A stretch of 64,000 nucleotides of DNA from Candidatus Aminicenantes bacterium. GTDB taxonomy: Bacteria; Acidobacteriota; Aminicenantia; Aminicenantales; UBA4085. Numbering within the stretch: position 1 is the stretch's first letter; each line of letters opens with the position of its first letter. A program made the translations under genes and the position numbers. Positions 20,581-30,583 of the stretch are shown one piece after another. Where the stretch lies: NCBI GenBank assembly GCA_963783665.1, contig CAWANZ010000002.1, forward strand, positions 680,984 to 744,983. Direction: 5' to 3'. Below the pieces are notes generated by a model. The model was not told the DNA's origin and searched no databases. It was given only the letters and a program-made list of their open reading frames with translations.

Positions 20581-22479
20581 ATGTGCGGAATCGTCGGAAT
20601 ATTCAACAAGGGCGGTAAGGGCGCCGATCCCGGCCTTCTCCGCAGGATGGCCGACCGGATCGCCTACCGCGGCCCGGACGAGGAAGGCAGCCTGACCGAC
20701 GGCCCGCTCGGCCTCTATCACAAGCGGCTGGCCGTCCTCGACCTGAAAACCGGACGGCAGCCGATGACCGCCGAGGGCGTTTCGGTCGTCTTCAACGGCG
20801 AGATCTACAATTACCGGGAGATCCGCCGCGAGCTCATCGGCCTGGGCCGTCAATTCGACACGACCTCGGACACCGAAGTCCTTCTCAAAGCCTACCTCGA
20901 GTTCGGGCCGGACTGCGTCAAGCGTTTCAACGGGATGTTCGCCTTCGTCCTCTACGACCGCCCGCGAAAACGCCTGATGGCTGCCCGGGACCATTTCGGC
21001 CTCAAGCCGCTGTACATCTACGAGAACGATACGGGCTGGTTCTTCGCCTCGGAAATCAAAGCCCTGTTGGCCCATCCCGGCGTCCCGGCCGCCGTCAACG
21101 AGGCCTCCCTCCGGGAATACGCCGTTTTTCAGTTCGTCCTCGACCAGGAGACGTTCTTCCGGGACATTCGGAAAATCCCGCCGGGACATTATTTCCTGAT
21201 CGATACGGAATCCGGCGCCTGCCGAGTCGAACGCTACTGGGACCTCGATTTCACCGTCGACACCCACCACACCCGCGAATATTTTCTCGAAAAGCTGAGC
21301 GACCTCCTCGAGGATGCCATCCGGCTCCAGCTGCACTGCGACGTCGCCGTCGGAACGACCTTGAGCGGGGGCATCGATTCCAGCCTGGTGACCCTTTTGG
21401 CCGCCCGGCACTCCCCGTCCGTCCTGACCTGTTTCACCGGCGCCTTCCGGGACGCCCCCGGCTTCGACGAGACGCCGTATGCCCGCGAAGTCGCCCGGAA
21501 GGCCGGGGCGATTTCCCGCGAGATCTATCCCACGTCCTTCGATTTCATCGACTCCATTTCCGATCTCGTCTACCACATGGACGAGCCGGCCGGCGGCCCG
21601 GGCCTCTTCCCTCAATACATGGTCGCTCGGGAAGCCGCCCGCCACGTCAAAGTCGTCCTGGGCGGCCAGGGCGGCGACGAGATTTTCGGGGGCTATGCCC
21701 GTTACACCATCGCTTACCTGGAACAGGCCCTCAAGGGAGCCATCACCGAAACCAACGACGAAGGGGAGCATATTGTCTCCCTGAAAACCATCCTGCCGAA
21801 CCTGCCGGTTCTCCGGGAGTACACCCCGCTCCTCGGCCGCTTCTGGCAGTCCGGCCTGTTTGAGCCGATGGCCGGCCGGTATTTCCGGCTGATCGACCGC
21901 GGGGCCGGGGACCGGAGCATGTTCTCGGCCGATTTCAAGGCCGGCTTCGATGACGGACGGATCTTCGAGAGGTTCCTCTCCGTCTTCGACCATCCCCAGA
22001 CGCTCTCCTATTACAACAAGATGGTCCATTTCGACTTGAAGACCGGCCTTCCCGCCCTCCTCCAGGTGGACGACCGGATGACGATGGCCTGCGGCCTGGA
22101 ATCCCGGTCACCGCTTCTTGACCGGCGGATTGCCGAGCTGGTCGCCGCGATCCCTCCCAACATGAAGTTCCATGGAGGCGAGCTGAAGCACATCCTCAAA
22201 GCCGTCGCCAAGGACATCCTCCCGCCGGCCATCCTCCGGCGCAAGGACAAAATGGGCTTCCCCGTCCCGCTCCACCTCTGGGTCCGGGACGGGCTGAAAG
22301 GCTTCGTCCGTGACACCCTTCTCTCCAAAGCCTGCCGCGAGCGCGGCATCTTCGATTCCAGAGCCGTCGAGCGGCTCATGGACCGCGAAGAAGCGTACGG
22401 CCGAACGCTCTGGGGCCTGTTGAATATCGAGCTCTGGTTCCGCCGCTTCATCGACGGGGCCGGGGAAGGAACCTCATGA
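20581..22479 (+). CDS. asnB: Asparagine synthase (glutamine-hydrolysing)-family amidotransferase
   Basis: MCGIVG Ntn start, RGPD, FNGEIYNY, SDTEV, LSGGIDSS, GQGGDEIFGGY, KMGFPVP. Confidence 0.95.
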   Translation: MCGIVGIFNKGGKGADPGLLRRMADRIAYRGPDEEGSLTDGPLGLYHKRLAVLDLKTGRQPMTAEGVSVVFNGEIYNYREIRRELIGLGRQFDTTSDTEVLLKAYLEFGPDCVKRFNGMFAFVLYDRPRKRLMAARDHFGLKPLYIYENDTGWFFASEIKALLAHPGVPAAVNEASLREYAVFQFVLDQETFFRDIRKIPPGHYFLIDTESGACRVERYWDLDFTVDTHHTREYFLEKLSDLLEDAIRLQLHCDVAVGTTLSGGIDSSLVTLLAARHSPSVLTCFTGAFRDAPGFDETPYAREVARKAGAISREIYPTSFDFIDSISDLVYHMDEPAGGPGLFPQYMVAREAARHVKVVLGGQGGDEIFGGYARYTIAYLEQALKGAITETNDEGEHIVSLKTILPNLPVLREYTPLLGRFWQSGLFEPMAGRYFRLIDRGAGDRSMFSADFKAGFDDGRIFERFLSVFDHPQTLSYYNKMVHFDLKTGLPALLQVDDRMTMACGLESRSPLLDRRIAELVAAIPPNMKFHGGELKHILKAVAKDILPPAILRRKDKMGFPVPLHLWVRDGLKGFVRDTLLSKACRERGIFDSRAVERLMDREEAYGRTLWGLLNIELWFRRFIDGAGEGTS

Positions 22480-24170
22480 CCCCCGAAAAAATCGCCGTCA
22501 TCGGAGCCGGCGTCGTCGGCGTTCCCATGGCCGCCTCGCTGGCTGCCTCCCGCCTGAATAATCCCTCGGCTCGTCCGGCCGAAGTCGTTCTCATCCAACG
22601 GGATTCGCCGACCTCGGGATGGAAGGTGGCCGCGGTCAATAACGGCGACTCCCCTCTCGGCGGCATCGAGCCCGGACTCGGCCCGATCATCCGAAACGCG
22701 GCCGCGGCCAAAGCTCTTCGGGCTTCCTTCGATTACGCCGAAGTCCGCGAGGCCGAGGCCGTCCTTTTCTGCGTCCAGACGGATAAGCGCGGCTTCGGCC
22801 CCGACTACGAACCGCTGATGGAGGCCGTCGACGCCGCGGCCGGGGCCCTTCGCGGAAAGCCGGCGGGAAACAAGCCGCTGGTGATCTTCGAATCGACCTT
22901 GGCCCCGACGACGATGAGCACGGTGATGCGGGCGAAGTTTGCGGCCCACGGGCTCCTTGACGGCCGCGACATCCGTCTGGCCAACAGCCCCAACCGGGTG
23001 ATGCCCGGCTTTCTGCTCGAACGGATCCGGACCTCGGACAAACTCGTCGGGGCGCTGCAACCGGAAACGGCCGCGGCCGTGGCCGCCCTCTACCGGCCCG
23101 TCGTTTCGGCCGGACGCCTGCTCCAAACCAACAGCCTGACGGCCGAAACGGTCAAGACCTTCGAAAACGCCGCCCGCGACGTCCGGATCGCCTGCGCGGC
23201 GGAGCTCGTCCGCCTCTGCGACCGACTGGACGTTGATTTCCACGCTCTCCGGACGGAAGTCAACCGGCGCCTGGCCTGGGACGACGACGCGTCGGTCCAT
23301 CCCTCCGCCGTCCCCAGCGGAGGGCTTCTCGTCCCGACCGTCGGAGTCGGCGGCCATTGCCTGCCGAAAGACGGCATTCTCCTTCTCTGGCGGATGATCG
23401 AGTCCGGACGGGACATGAGCGAAAGCCTCATCCTCGAGTCGCGCCGGATCAACGACGAAGCTCCGGCCTACGCCGCCGACCGGGCCGCGGCCCTTTGGGG
23501 ATCGCCGGCCGGGAAAAAGATCGCGCTTCTTGGAACCGCCTATCGGCCCAATTCCGAGGACACCCGCAATTCCCCGACGCTCGTCCTTGCCGCCGCGCTT
23601 GCCGGCCGCGGAGCCCGGGTCGTCCTGCATGACCCCTACGTCCGCCCCGGCGATCAAAACCTCCGGCGGACCGGCTTGACCGGGACCTTCACCCGGGATT
23701 TCGAGGAAGCCCTCTCGGGAGCGGACGGAGTTCTGATCTGCGCCGCCCACGAGTTCTACCGGGAGGAATGGCCCCGGATCCTCCGGACTTTTTCCGGACA
23801 ACCGGCCGTCTTCGACGGCTGTCATCTCTTTTCCCGCGAGGAAGCCCCTTCGCTTCCCGGCTTGGGCAAAGGGAAAAACGCCCCGCCGGAGGAGCTCGTC
23901 GCCTTCGGAGCGGAAAGCTTCCGGGCCATGGAGCTCGGCCTCGCCTTGGAAATCGAGGCCTATGTCGATTTCGTCAACGGCGCATACCCGGAGCCGGACA
24001 ATGCGCTTTCTTTCGACGACATCAGCCGGTTGGCCGGCACCTGCGTCACCGGCTGCCGCCTTGTCCCCCCCGGTCCGATCGCCTCGGTTCCCGCGTTCGG
24101 GGGAGCGACGCTCCGGCTCGTTTCCCGGGGCGGGGCGTTGTCCCGGCGCCGGGAGAGGAACCCGAGATGA
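22476..24170 (+). CDS. UDP-glucose/GDP-mannose dehydrogenase-family nucleotide-sugar dehydrogenase
   Basis: IAVIGAGVVG, FEST, PNRVMPG, AETVKTFEN, GVGGHCLPKD, GTAYRPNSEDTRNSP. Confidence 0.88.
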   Translation: MTPEKIAVIGAGVVGVPMAASLAASRLNNPSARPAEVVLIQRDSPTSGWKVAAVNNGDSPLGGIEPGLGPIIRNAAAAKALRASFDYAEVREAEAVLFCVQTDKRGFGPDYEPLMEAVDAAAGALRGKPAGNKPLVIFESTLAPTTMSTVMRAKFAAHGLLDGRDIRLANSPNRVMPGFLLERIRTSDKLVGALQPETAAAVAALYRPVVSAGRLLQTNSLTAETVKTFENAARDVRIACAAELVRLCDRLDVDFHALRTEVNRRLAWDDDASVHPSAVPSGGLLVPTVGVGGHCLPKDGILLLWRMIESGRDMSESLILESRRINDEAPAYAADRAAALWGSPAGKKIALLGTAYRPNSEDTRNSPTLVLAAALAGRGARVVLHDPYVRPGDQNLRRTGLTGTFTRDFEEALSGADGVLICAAHEFYREEWPRILRTFSGQPAVFDGCHLFSREEAPSLPGLGKGKNAPPEELVAFGAESFRAMELGLALEIEAYVDFVNGAYPEPDNALSFDDISRLAGTCVTGCRLVPPGPIASVPAFGGATLRLVSRGGALSRRRERNPR

Positions 24171-25133
24171 GCGAAGCGCCCGCGGCCGGGATGTCCTTCG
24201 ACCTGGACAATCTCTGGTCGTACATGAAGACGCACGGCGATCCGGGCTGGGAGCGCTATCCCTCCTACTTCGGCCGCTTGATTCCGGACGTTCTCGAGTT
24301 CTTCGATAAGCGCCGCCTCCGGATCACCTTCTTCGTCGTCGGGCGCGACGCCGTCCAGGACTTCAACATCGCCCCGCTCCGGGCCGTCGTCGCCTCCGGA
24401 CACGAAGTCGGAAACCACTCGTTCGACCACGAGCCTTGGCTCCACCGAAAGCCGAAAGAGGAGATCGAGCGGGAGATCGCCCGGGCCGAAGAGGCGATCG
24501 CCGGGGCCGCGGGACAAAAGCCGCGCGGATTCCGCGGACCGGGTTTCAGCTGGAACGCCGACCTGCTCGACATCCTGGCCGGCCGCGGTTACCTTTTCGA
24601 CGCCTCGACCTTTCCGACGTTCATCGGGCCCGCTGGGCCGCCTGTATTATTTCGCCAAATCCAGCCTGACCGAGCGCCAGAAAGAGGACCGCAAGGAGTT
24701 GTTCGGCGGAATGGCCGAAGGCCTCCGGCCCGTCCGGCCGTACCGCTGGCGCCTCACCGGCGGCCGGACGCTCCTGGAGATCCCGGTGACGACGATGCCC
24801 CTCTTGAAAACCCCGTTCCACTTGAGCTATCTCCTTTATCTCGGCGGGATTTCCCCGGCCCTCATGCGGACGTATTTCCGGACGGTGCTGGGGATGTGCC
24901 GCCTCGCCCGGACGGGAGTCAGCTTCCTTCTTCACCCCCTCGATTTCCTCTCCGGGGATGAGGCGCCCGAGCTGGCTTTTTTCCCGGCCATGGCGATGGA
25001 CCGGAAGAAAAAGCGGGCCCTGGTCGCGGACGCCTTCGACTTGCTGAGCGATCACTATTCGATTTATTCTTTAAACTCCTATGCCGAACGATGCCTATCC
25101 TCGCCCGCTCTTTCGGATCGAGGTGTCCGATGA
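24167..25133 (+). CDS. Polysaccharide deacetylase (frameshift near 24635)
   Basis: SFDLD, TFFVVG, GHEVGNHSFDH, GFRGPGFS, DAS, then LLEIPVT...LHPLDF in the second frame. Confidence 0.85.
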
Positions 25134-26242
25134 ACCAAGATAAAAAGCCGCCCCTCGTTTCCATCATCTGTCCGGCCTTCAACGAGGAAGCCGACCTGGA
25201 ACGCAATCTCCGCCGCCTGGACGCTTACCTGAAGACCCAGGCCGGATACCGGTTTGAGATCCTGATCGTCAACGACGGGAGCCGGGATGCGACCGGCGAC
25301 GTCGCCGAGGCCTTCGCCGCCGGCCGTGACGACGTCCGGGTTTTCCATCACCAGTTCAACTTCCGCCTCGGCCAGGCCATTCGCACCGCCCTCCACGGGA
25401 GCAACGGGGACATCGTCGTGACGATCGACGCCGACCTGAGCTACGCTCCCGAGCACATCGGCCTCATGCTCGAAAAGATGAGGACGAGCCGGGCCAAGAT
25501 CGTCATCGCCTCGCCTTACGCCAAAGGCGGCCGGACCGTCGGCATCCCTTTCCTCCGCCGGGTTTTGAGTAAATACGCCAACAAGTTCCTCTGCCGCATG
25601 GCGACGCGCGACTTTTTCTCCGACAAGCTGACCAACATCACCGGTATGGTCCGGGCTTATGACGGGCCGTTCATCCGGTCCCTGAGCCTGTGGGCCATGG
25701 ACGTGGACATCAATCCGGAAATCATCAACAAGGCCAAGATCCTCCGAGCCCGGATCGTCGAGATCCCGGCCGTCTTGGACTGGACCCCGGCTCCGGGAAG
25801 CACGCCTCGGCCGAAGGCCCGGATTTCCAACGTCCGCCTGATCCGGAGCGTCATCCAGAGCCTCGTTTCCGGATTCCTCTTCCGGCCGTTTCTTTTCTAC
25901 CTCTTCCCCGGATTCGTCCTCCTCCTGATTTCCCTTTATCCGCTTTATTGGTCCCTCCGGCATACGATCCATTTTTATATCGCCTTCGCCCCGAAAGACC
26001 TTTCGTTCGGCTTCCGGGTGTCCGAGGCGATCAGCGAAGCCTTCAAGCTGGCCCCGCATGCCTTCATCGTCGGCGGCGTTGTCCTGATGGTCGCCATCCA
26101 GCTCATCAGCCTCGGCTTGCTGGCTCTTCAGAAAAAACGCTATTTCGCCGAGCTGTTCTACCTGGCCAGCATCACTTACCGCGACTGCACCCAGGGAGAC
26201 CGCGACCGGATCACCTTGCCGACGCCTCTCCGGAAGCGGTAA
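25130..26242 (+). CDS. Glycosyltransferase family 2 with C-terminal TM helices (DPM-synthase-like)
   Basis: SIICPAFNEE, VNDGSRD, IDADLSY, two C-terminal hydrophobic helices. Confidence 0.88.
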   Translation: MNQDKKPPLVSIICPAFNEEADLERNLRRLDAYLKTQAGYRFEILIVNDGSRDATGDVAEAFAAGRDDVRVFHHQFNFRLGQAIRTALHGSNGDIVVTIDADLSYAPEHIGLMLEKMRTSRAKIVIASPYAKGGRTVGIPFLRRVLSKYANKFLCRMATRDFFSDKLTNITGMVRAYDGPFIRSLSLWAMDVDINPEIINKAKILRARIVEIPAVLDWTPAPGSTPRPKARISNVRLIRSVIQSLVSGFLFRPFLFYLFPGFVLLLISLYPLYWSLRHTIHFYIAFAPKDLSFGFRVSEAISEAFKLAPHAFIVGGVVLMVAIQLISLGLLALQKKRYFAELFYLASITYRDCTQGDRDRITLPTPLRKR

Positions 26243-26252
26243 GGAACGAACG

Positions 26253-27687
26253 ATGCCTTCGCCGACGGATCACCGCCCGGTCGAAACCGTGGCCGTGGCC
26301 GGCGGCGGAATCACCGGCCTGGCCGCCGCCCTGGCCCTGGCCCGGACGCAGCGGTTCCGGGTTACGCTGTTTGAGAAAGTCGGACCGCCTTGGCGGTCTC
26401 TGCTCCTCCGTCTCGATCGCCGGGACAACGGTCGACCGGTTTTACCACGTGGTTCTTCCGGGCGATCGGTCCACCCTCGCCTTCCTCGATGGCCTCGGCC
26501 TCGGGGGCGAGCTCGAATTCCGGCCGTCGAAGGCCGGATTCTACGGCCGGGGACGCCTTGTCCCTTTCGCCACGGCGATGGATTTCCTGCGTTTCCCGTT
26601 TCTCTCCCCCTGGTCGAAGCTTCGCCTCGGCTGGGGCATCCTCCGGACGGCCCGTTCGGCTTCGCCCGCGGGGCCGGACGAACCTTCCGCGCCGGAATGG
26701 CTCCGGCGGCGGTTCGGCCGGAAGGTGACGGCGAATTTCTGGGATCCGCTGCTCCGGAGCAAGCTCGGCGATGCCCGGGAGCGGACTCCGGCCTCGTTCA
26801 TGGACGCGACGATCAAAAGGCTGTTCGGCGCCCGGTCGAAAACGAGCGGGCAGGAGCGGATGGGCGGCGTCCGGGGCGGCTATGCCCCCGTCATCCAAGC
26901 CGCCGAACGCGCCCTTCGGGAAGCCGGCGTCGAAATCCGCCTCGGCGCTCCGATCCAATCGATCTCCCCGCAATCCGACGGCTTGGAAATCCTCGCCGGG
27001 ATATCAACACTCAAATTTAACCGGGCCTTTCTCGCCATCCCCCTTCCCGAGGCCCTGAGAGCCGCCGGGGCGGCGGACGACCCGGCCTGGGACCGTTTCC
27101 GGCGGGTTGAGCACATCGGGATCGTCTGCCTGCTTCTGGCCCTCCGCAAATCGCTCTCCCCTTATTACCTCATCAACCTGCTTGATCGCGGAGATGCCCT
27201 TTACCGGAATCGTCGAAACCACGAACGTCCTCGGTCCGGAGCATTTCGGCGGCCGCCATCTGGTTTATCTCCCCAAGTACATGGCGGCGGGCGACCCGGC
27301 GGCGCGTAAAAGCGACGACGAAATCAGGGATCGATTTCCTCGGCCATCTGCGGCGCGTCTTTCCGGAATTTTCCGAAACGCCGACATCGTCGAAGCCCAA
27401 GTCCATCGGGAAACCGTCTCGCTGCCGTTGCCGCTCTTCGGCCCGTCGCTCCGAGCGAGCGGCTTCAGGAGCCCGGTCCCGGCCTGTATCTCGGCGGAAC
27501 GGCGTTCATCGGAAACGCGACGATCAACAACGACGCCGCCTTGCGAACGGCGGCCGAAGCCGTCGACGCGATTTTAAAAGACGTTCGAGCGCGTTTAACG
27601 GTGGCTCTCCCATTCGTGTGGGGAAACAGGGAAATAAGCGGCACCGGAGCGAACATCGTCCGGTTTAGGTCTTTCTCGATGTCATGA
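26253..27687 (+). CDS. FAD-dependent oxidoreductase (protoporphyrinogen/amine oxidase-like), several frameshifts
   Basis: VAVAGGGITGL, LGGL, DRFYHV, WDPLLRSKLG, PFTGIVETTN, HLVYLPKY. The 3' end is uncertain. Confidence 0.75.
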
Positions 27688-28938
27688 TTGGGAGCCGGCT
27701 GGAAGAAGCCGGCCGAGTGTTCGTCCGCTTGACCAAAAGAATCCGGGACCAGTCTTCCCGCATCATCATCGGAAATTGAGCGAGAGGCGACCCCTCAGAT
27801 TTAAGCGTCTGGGGAGACGTGTGCTCCCGGATGCGTTTGAGCAGCGGGCCGAGGCAGACCGCCCAATCGAACTTCGCCCGGACGAAATCCCGGGCTTCGC
27901 CGACGAGGGATTCCCGCAAACCCGGTTCGTCCCAGACGCGGCGGATCCCTCGGCGAATTGTTCGCCGTCGGAAGCCAGGAGAAGGGCCCGGCCGTCGGCG
28001 GCCTCCAGGCCTTCGGCCCCCTTCGGCGTGGCGACGACAGGCACGCCGGCGGCCATGGCTTCGACGATTTTCAGCCGCGTGCCGGACCCGATGAAGATGG
28101 GAGCCGTGGCCACGCTGCACGCTTTGAGAAGCGCGGGAACTTCGCCGAACGGGAGAATGCCAGGATTTTTCAGCCAGGGAAATTGGAACGGGACGTCCCC
28201 GCCCGTCACAATCAGCTCGGCGTCCTGGTGGGTTTGAAGAAGGCGCGGCATGACTTCGGTAACCAAAAACTGGACGGCCAGCGTGTTGGGCGGATAGGCG
28301 TACAAGCCCATAAACAAAACCGAATGCGGCCCAAGGCCCAATCTCGCCCGGAGGGATTCGGCTTCGGCCTCGGTCGCCGCGGCAAACCTCCCGGTGTCCA
28401 CGCCGTTGGGCAGGAGCTCCGGCTCGTGTCCGTACAGCTCCAGGAAGCGGCGGCTGTCCACGGGGGAAACGGCGAACGACCGTTCGGTCGTTCGGACGAG
28501 CTTGCCTTCCGCCCATTTAGACAGAGCCGCGGTCAGGAAGGCGTGATGCCCGCGGCGAAGGTCGTATTCCACGTTATGGGCATGGTAAAAAATCGGAGTT
28601 CCGGCAAGACGGCGGCGGAGGGCCCGCAGGAGCAGCCAGTGAAAGACGGCCCAGGACGCCCCTTCCAGGATGACGATATCCGGACCGAACCGCCGGATTG
28701 TCCGGACGATCGCCCGGATACGCGCCGGCGTCCGAAGAATTTTTCCCGCGGCTGAGCCGGCCGGAGACGGCAGGGACTCGATTTTCAACCCCGGTTCCGG
28801 TTCTTCCAGTCCGGAGCGGTTCGTGACCTGGACAAGCAGGCGCTCTCCGGGAAGGTTCCGGGCCACGCTGTAGGTAACGATGGCCGAGCCGCTCTCGGGA
28901 GGATAGGCCTCGAAGAACGCCGCCAGGGCGGTTTTCAT
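27665..28938 (-). CDS. Glycosyltransferase family 4 (frameshift near 27950)
   Basis: HAHNVE, LPNGVD, FMGLYAYPPN, GSGTRLKIVEAMAAGVPVV. The FDW tail is in an alternate frame. Confidence 0.85.
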
Positions 28939-28947
28939 TGTTTGGGG

Positions 28948-28977
28948 ATTATATTCCGGGCCGCGGATTTTCGTCAA
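28948..28977 (-). promoter_or_regulatory. sigma70-type promoter TTGACG-N18-TATAAT
   Basis: -35 at 28972-28977 and -10 at 28948-28953, 9 nt before ATG 28938. Confidence 0.55.
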
Positions 28978-29019
28978 TCGCCCCTTATGAATATAATAGT
29001 CCCCCAGGGAGTTGGACTC

Positions 29020-30429
29020 ATGAGCCTGAAGAGCTATTTCAGTTTCGACCAGCGCGGGACCGGTCTTCGAACCGAAATCGAGGCCGGATTCACGACGTTT
29101 TTGACGATGTGCTACATCATCTTCGTCAATCCCGGGATTTTATCCGCGGCCGGGGTGCCGTTCGCCGCGGCGACCACGGCCACGGCGGTCGGGGCGGCCG
29201 TCATCTGCATCCTCATGGGACTCGTGAGCAACCGGCCCCTGGCCCTGGCTTCGGGCATGGGCTTCAACGCCATGCTCGCCTTTTCCGTCATCGGATTCCA
29301 GCAGGCCCGCGTCCCCTGGCAAGTCGGCATGGCCGCGGTCTTCGTCGAGGGTTTGATCATTCTGGCCCTGGTCCTGACCGGCCTCCGCGGGGCCGTCATG
29401 AACGCAATCCCCCTCAACCTCAAGCGGGCCATCGGCGCCGGGATCGGCCTCTTCATCGCCGTCCTCGGCTTGAACGAGGGGGGGATCATCCGGCCCGCTC
29501 CCCTGACCCTGGTCGAAATCGGGGACCTCGGCCAACCCTATGTCTGGGTGGCCATGGCCGGCCTCCTGACGATCGTCATCTTCACGGCCATGCGCTGGAA
29601 AAGCGCGATCATCGTCGGATTAGGCGCAGCTACGGCCGCGGCCCTGCTTTTAGGCTTGGTCCGCTGGCCCGAAACCATAACCGCCCCGCTCGATTTTTCG
29701 ACGTTCTTCGCCCCGTTTCAGACCGCGGGAGGAAAGACAGCGATCCTCCAGCTCCTGACTCCATCGCTGCTCGCCGCCGTCTTTTCCCTGATGCTGATCG
29801 ATTTTTTCGATACCATGGGATCGGTGGTGGCCGTCGGGGAACAAGCCGGTTTCCTCGACAAGGACGGCCGCGTCCCCGAAATCAAGGGGATTCTGGTCGT
29901 CGATTCCCTGGGAGCGGCCACCGGCGGGCTCTTCGGGGCCAGCTCCATCACGACCTATGTCGAATCCGCCGCGGGCGTGGCCGAAGGCGGCCGGACCGGG
30001 CTGATGCCCATCGTCACCGGGCTGTGTTTCGCCGTCGCCGCCTTTTTTACGCCGGTCATCCGGATGATCGGAGGGGGAATCAGCATCCCGGCCGGCAAAC
30101 AGTACGCTCTTCTCGCCGGCTCGGGATTCACCGTTCCGGAGGGCGGGTACACGGTCATGCCCATCACCGCCGGCGCCCTGGTTTTTGTCGGTTATCTGAT
30201 GATCAAGGCCGTCCGAGAGATCGAATGGGAAAAATTCGACGAAGCCTTCCCCGCTTTCCTGATCATCATCGGGATCCCCTTGACCTCCAGCATCAGTCAC
30301 GGCATCGGGCTGGGCTTCATCCTCTTCACCCTGGTCAAGCTGGTCCGGGGACGGATCCGGGAGGTCCACCCGCTGATGATCGGGGTAGCGGCGGCTTTCG
30401 TGGTCTTTTACGCCCTGGAGGCGATGTGA
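29020..30429 (+). CDS. NCS2/AzgA-family purine permease
   Basis: EIEAGFTTFLTMCYIIFVNP, ASGMGFNA, DFFDTMGS, TYVESAAGVAEGGRTGL. Confidence 0.92.
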   Translation: MSLKSYFSFDQRGTGLRTEIEAGFTTFLTMCYIIFVNPGILSAAGVPFAAATTATAVGAAVICILMGLVSNRPLALASGMGFNAMLAFSVIGFQQARVPWQVGMAAVFVEGLIILALVLTGLRGAVMNAIPLNLKRAIGAGIGLFIAVLGLNEGGIIRPAPLTLVEIGDLGQPYVWVAMAGLLTIVIFTAMRWKSAIIVGLGAATAAALLLGLVRWPETITAPLDFSTFFAPFQTAGGKTAILQLLTPSLLAAVFSLMLIDFFDTMGSVVAVGEQAGFLDKDGRVPEIKGILVVDSLGAATGGLFGASSITTYVESAAGVAEGGRTGLMPIVTGLCFAVAAFFTPVIRMIGGGISIPAGKQYALLAGSGFTVPEGGYTVMPITAGALVFVGYLMIKAVREIEWEKFDEAFPAFLIIIGIPLTSSISHGIGLGFILFTLVKLVRGRIREVHPLMIGVAAAFVVFYALEAM

Positions 30430-30583
30430 CTGGGAGGAGGATTTGGCCCCCGCGGAGGGAAATGGCATTCCGAATCGGCGCCCCGGATTGACTCGCCCGC
30501 GGCAAGAATTATATCCTTCGATCCGATTCGAAGGGGCGAAGCCGCCCCGACGAATTCGAGACCGATTCCCCAGGGAGACGACA

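Noticed and set aside
28985-29020. Purine riboswitch upstream of the NCS2 permease
   Set aside because: The TATAAT here is best read as a -10 box. The leader is too short and lacks the TTTCTACC/CCGTAAA core.
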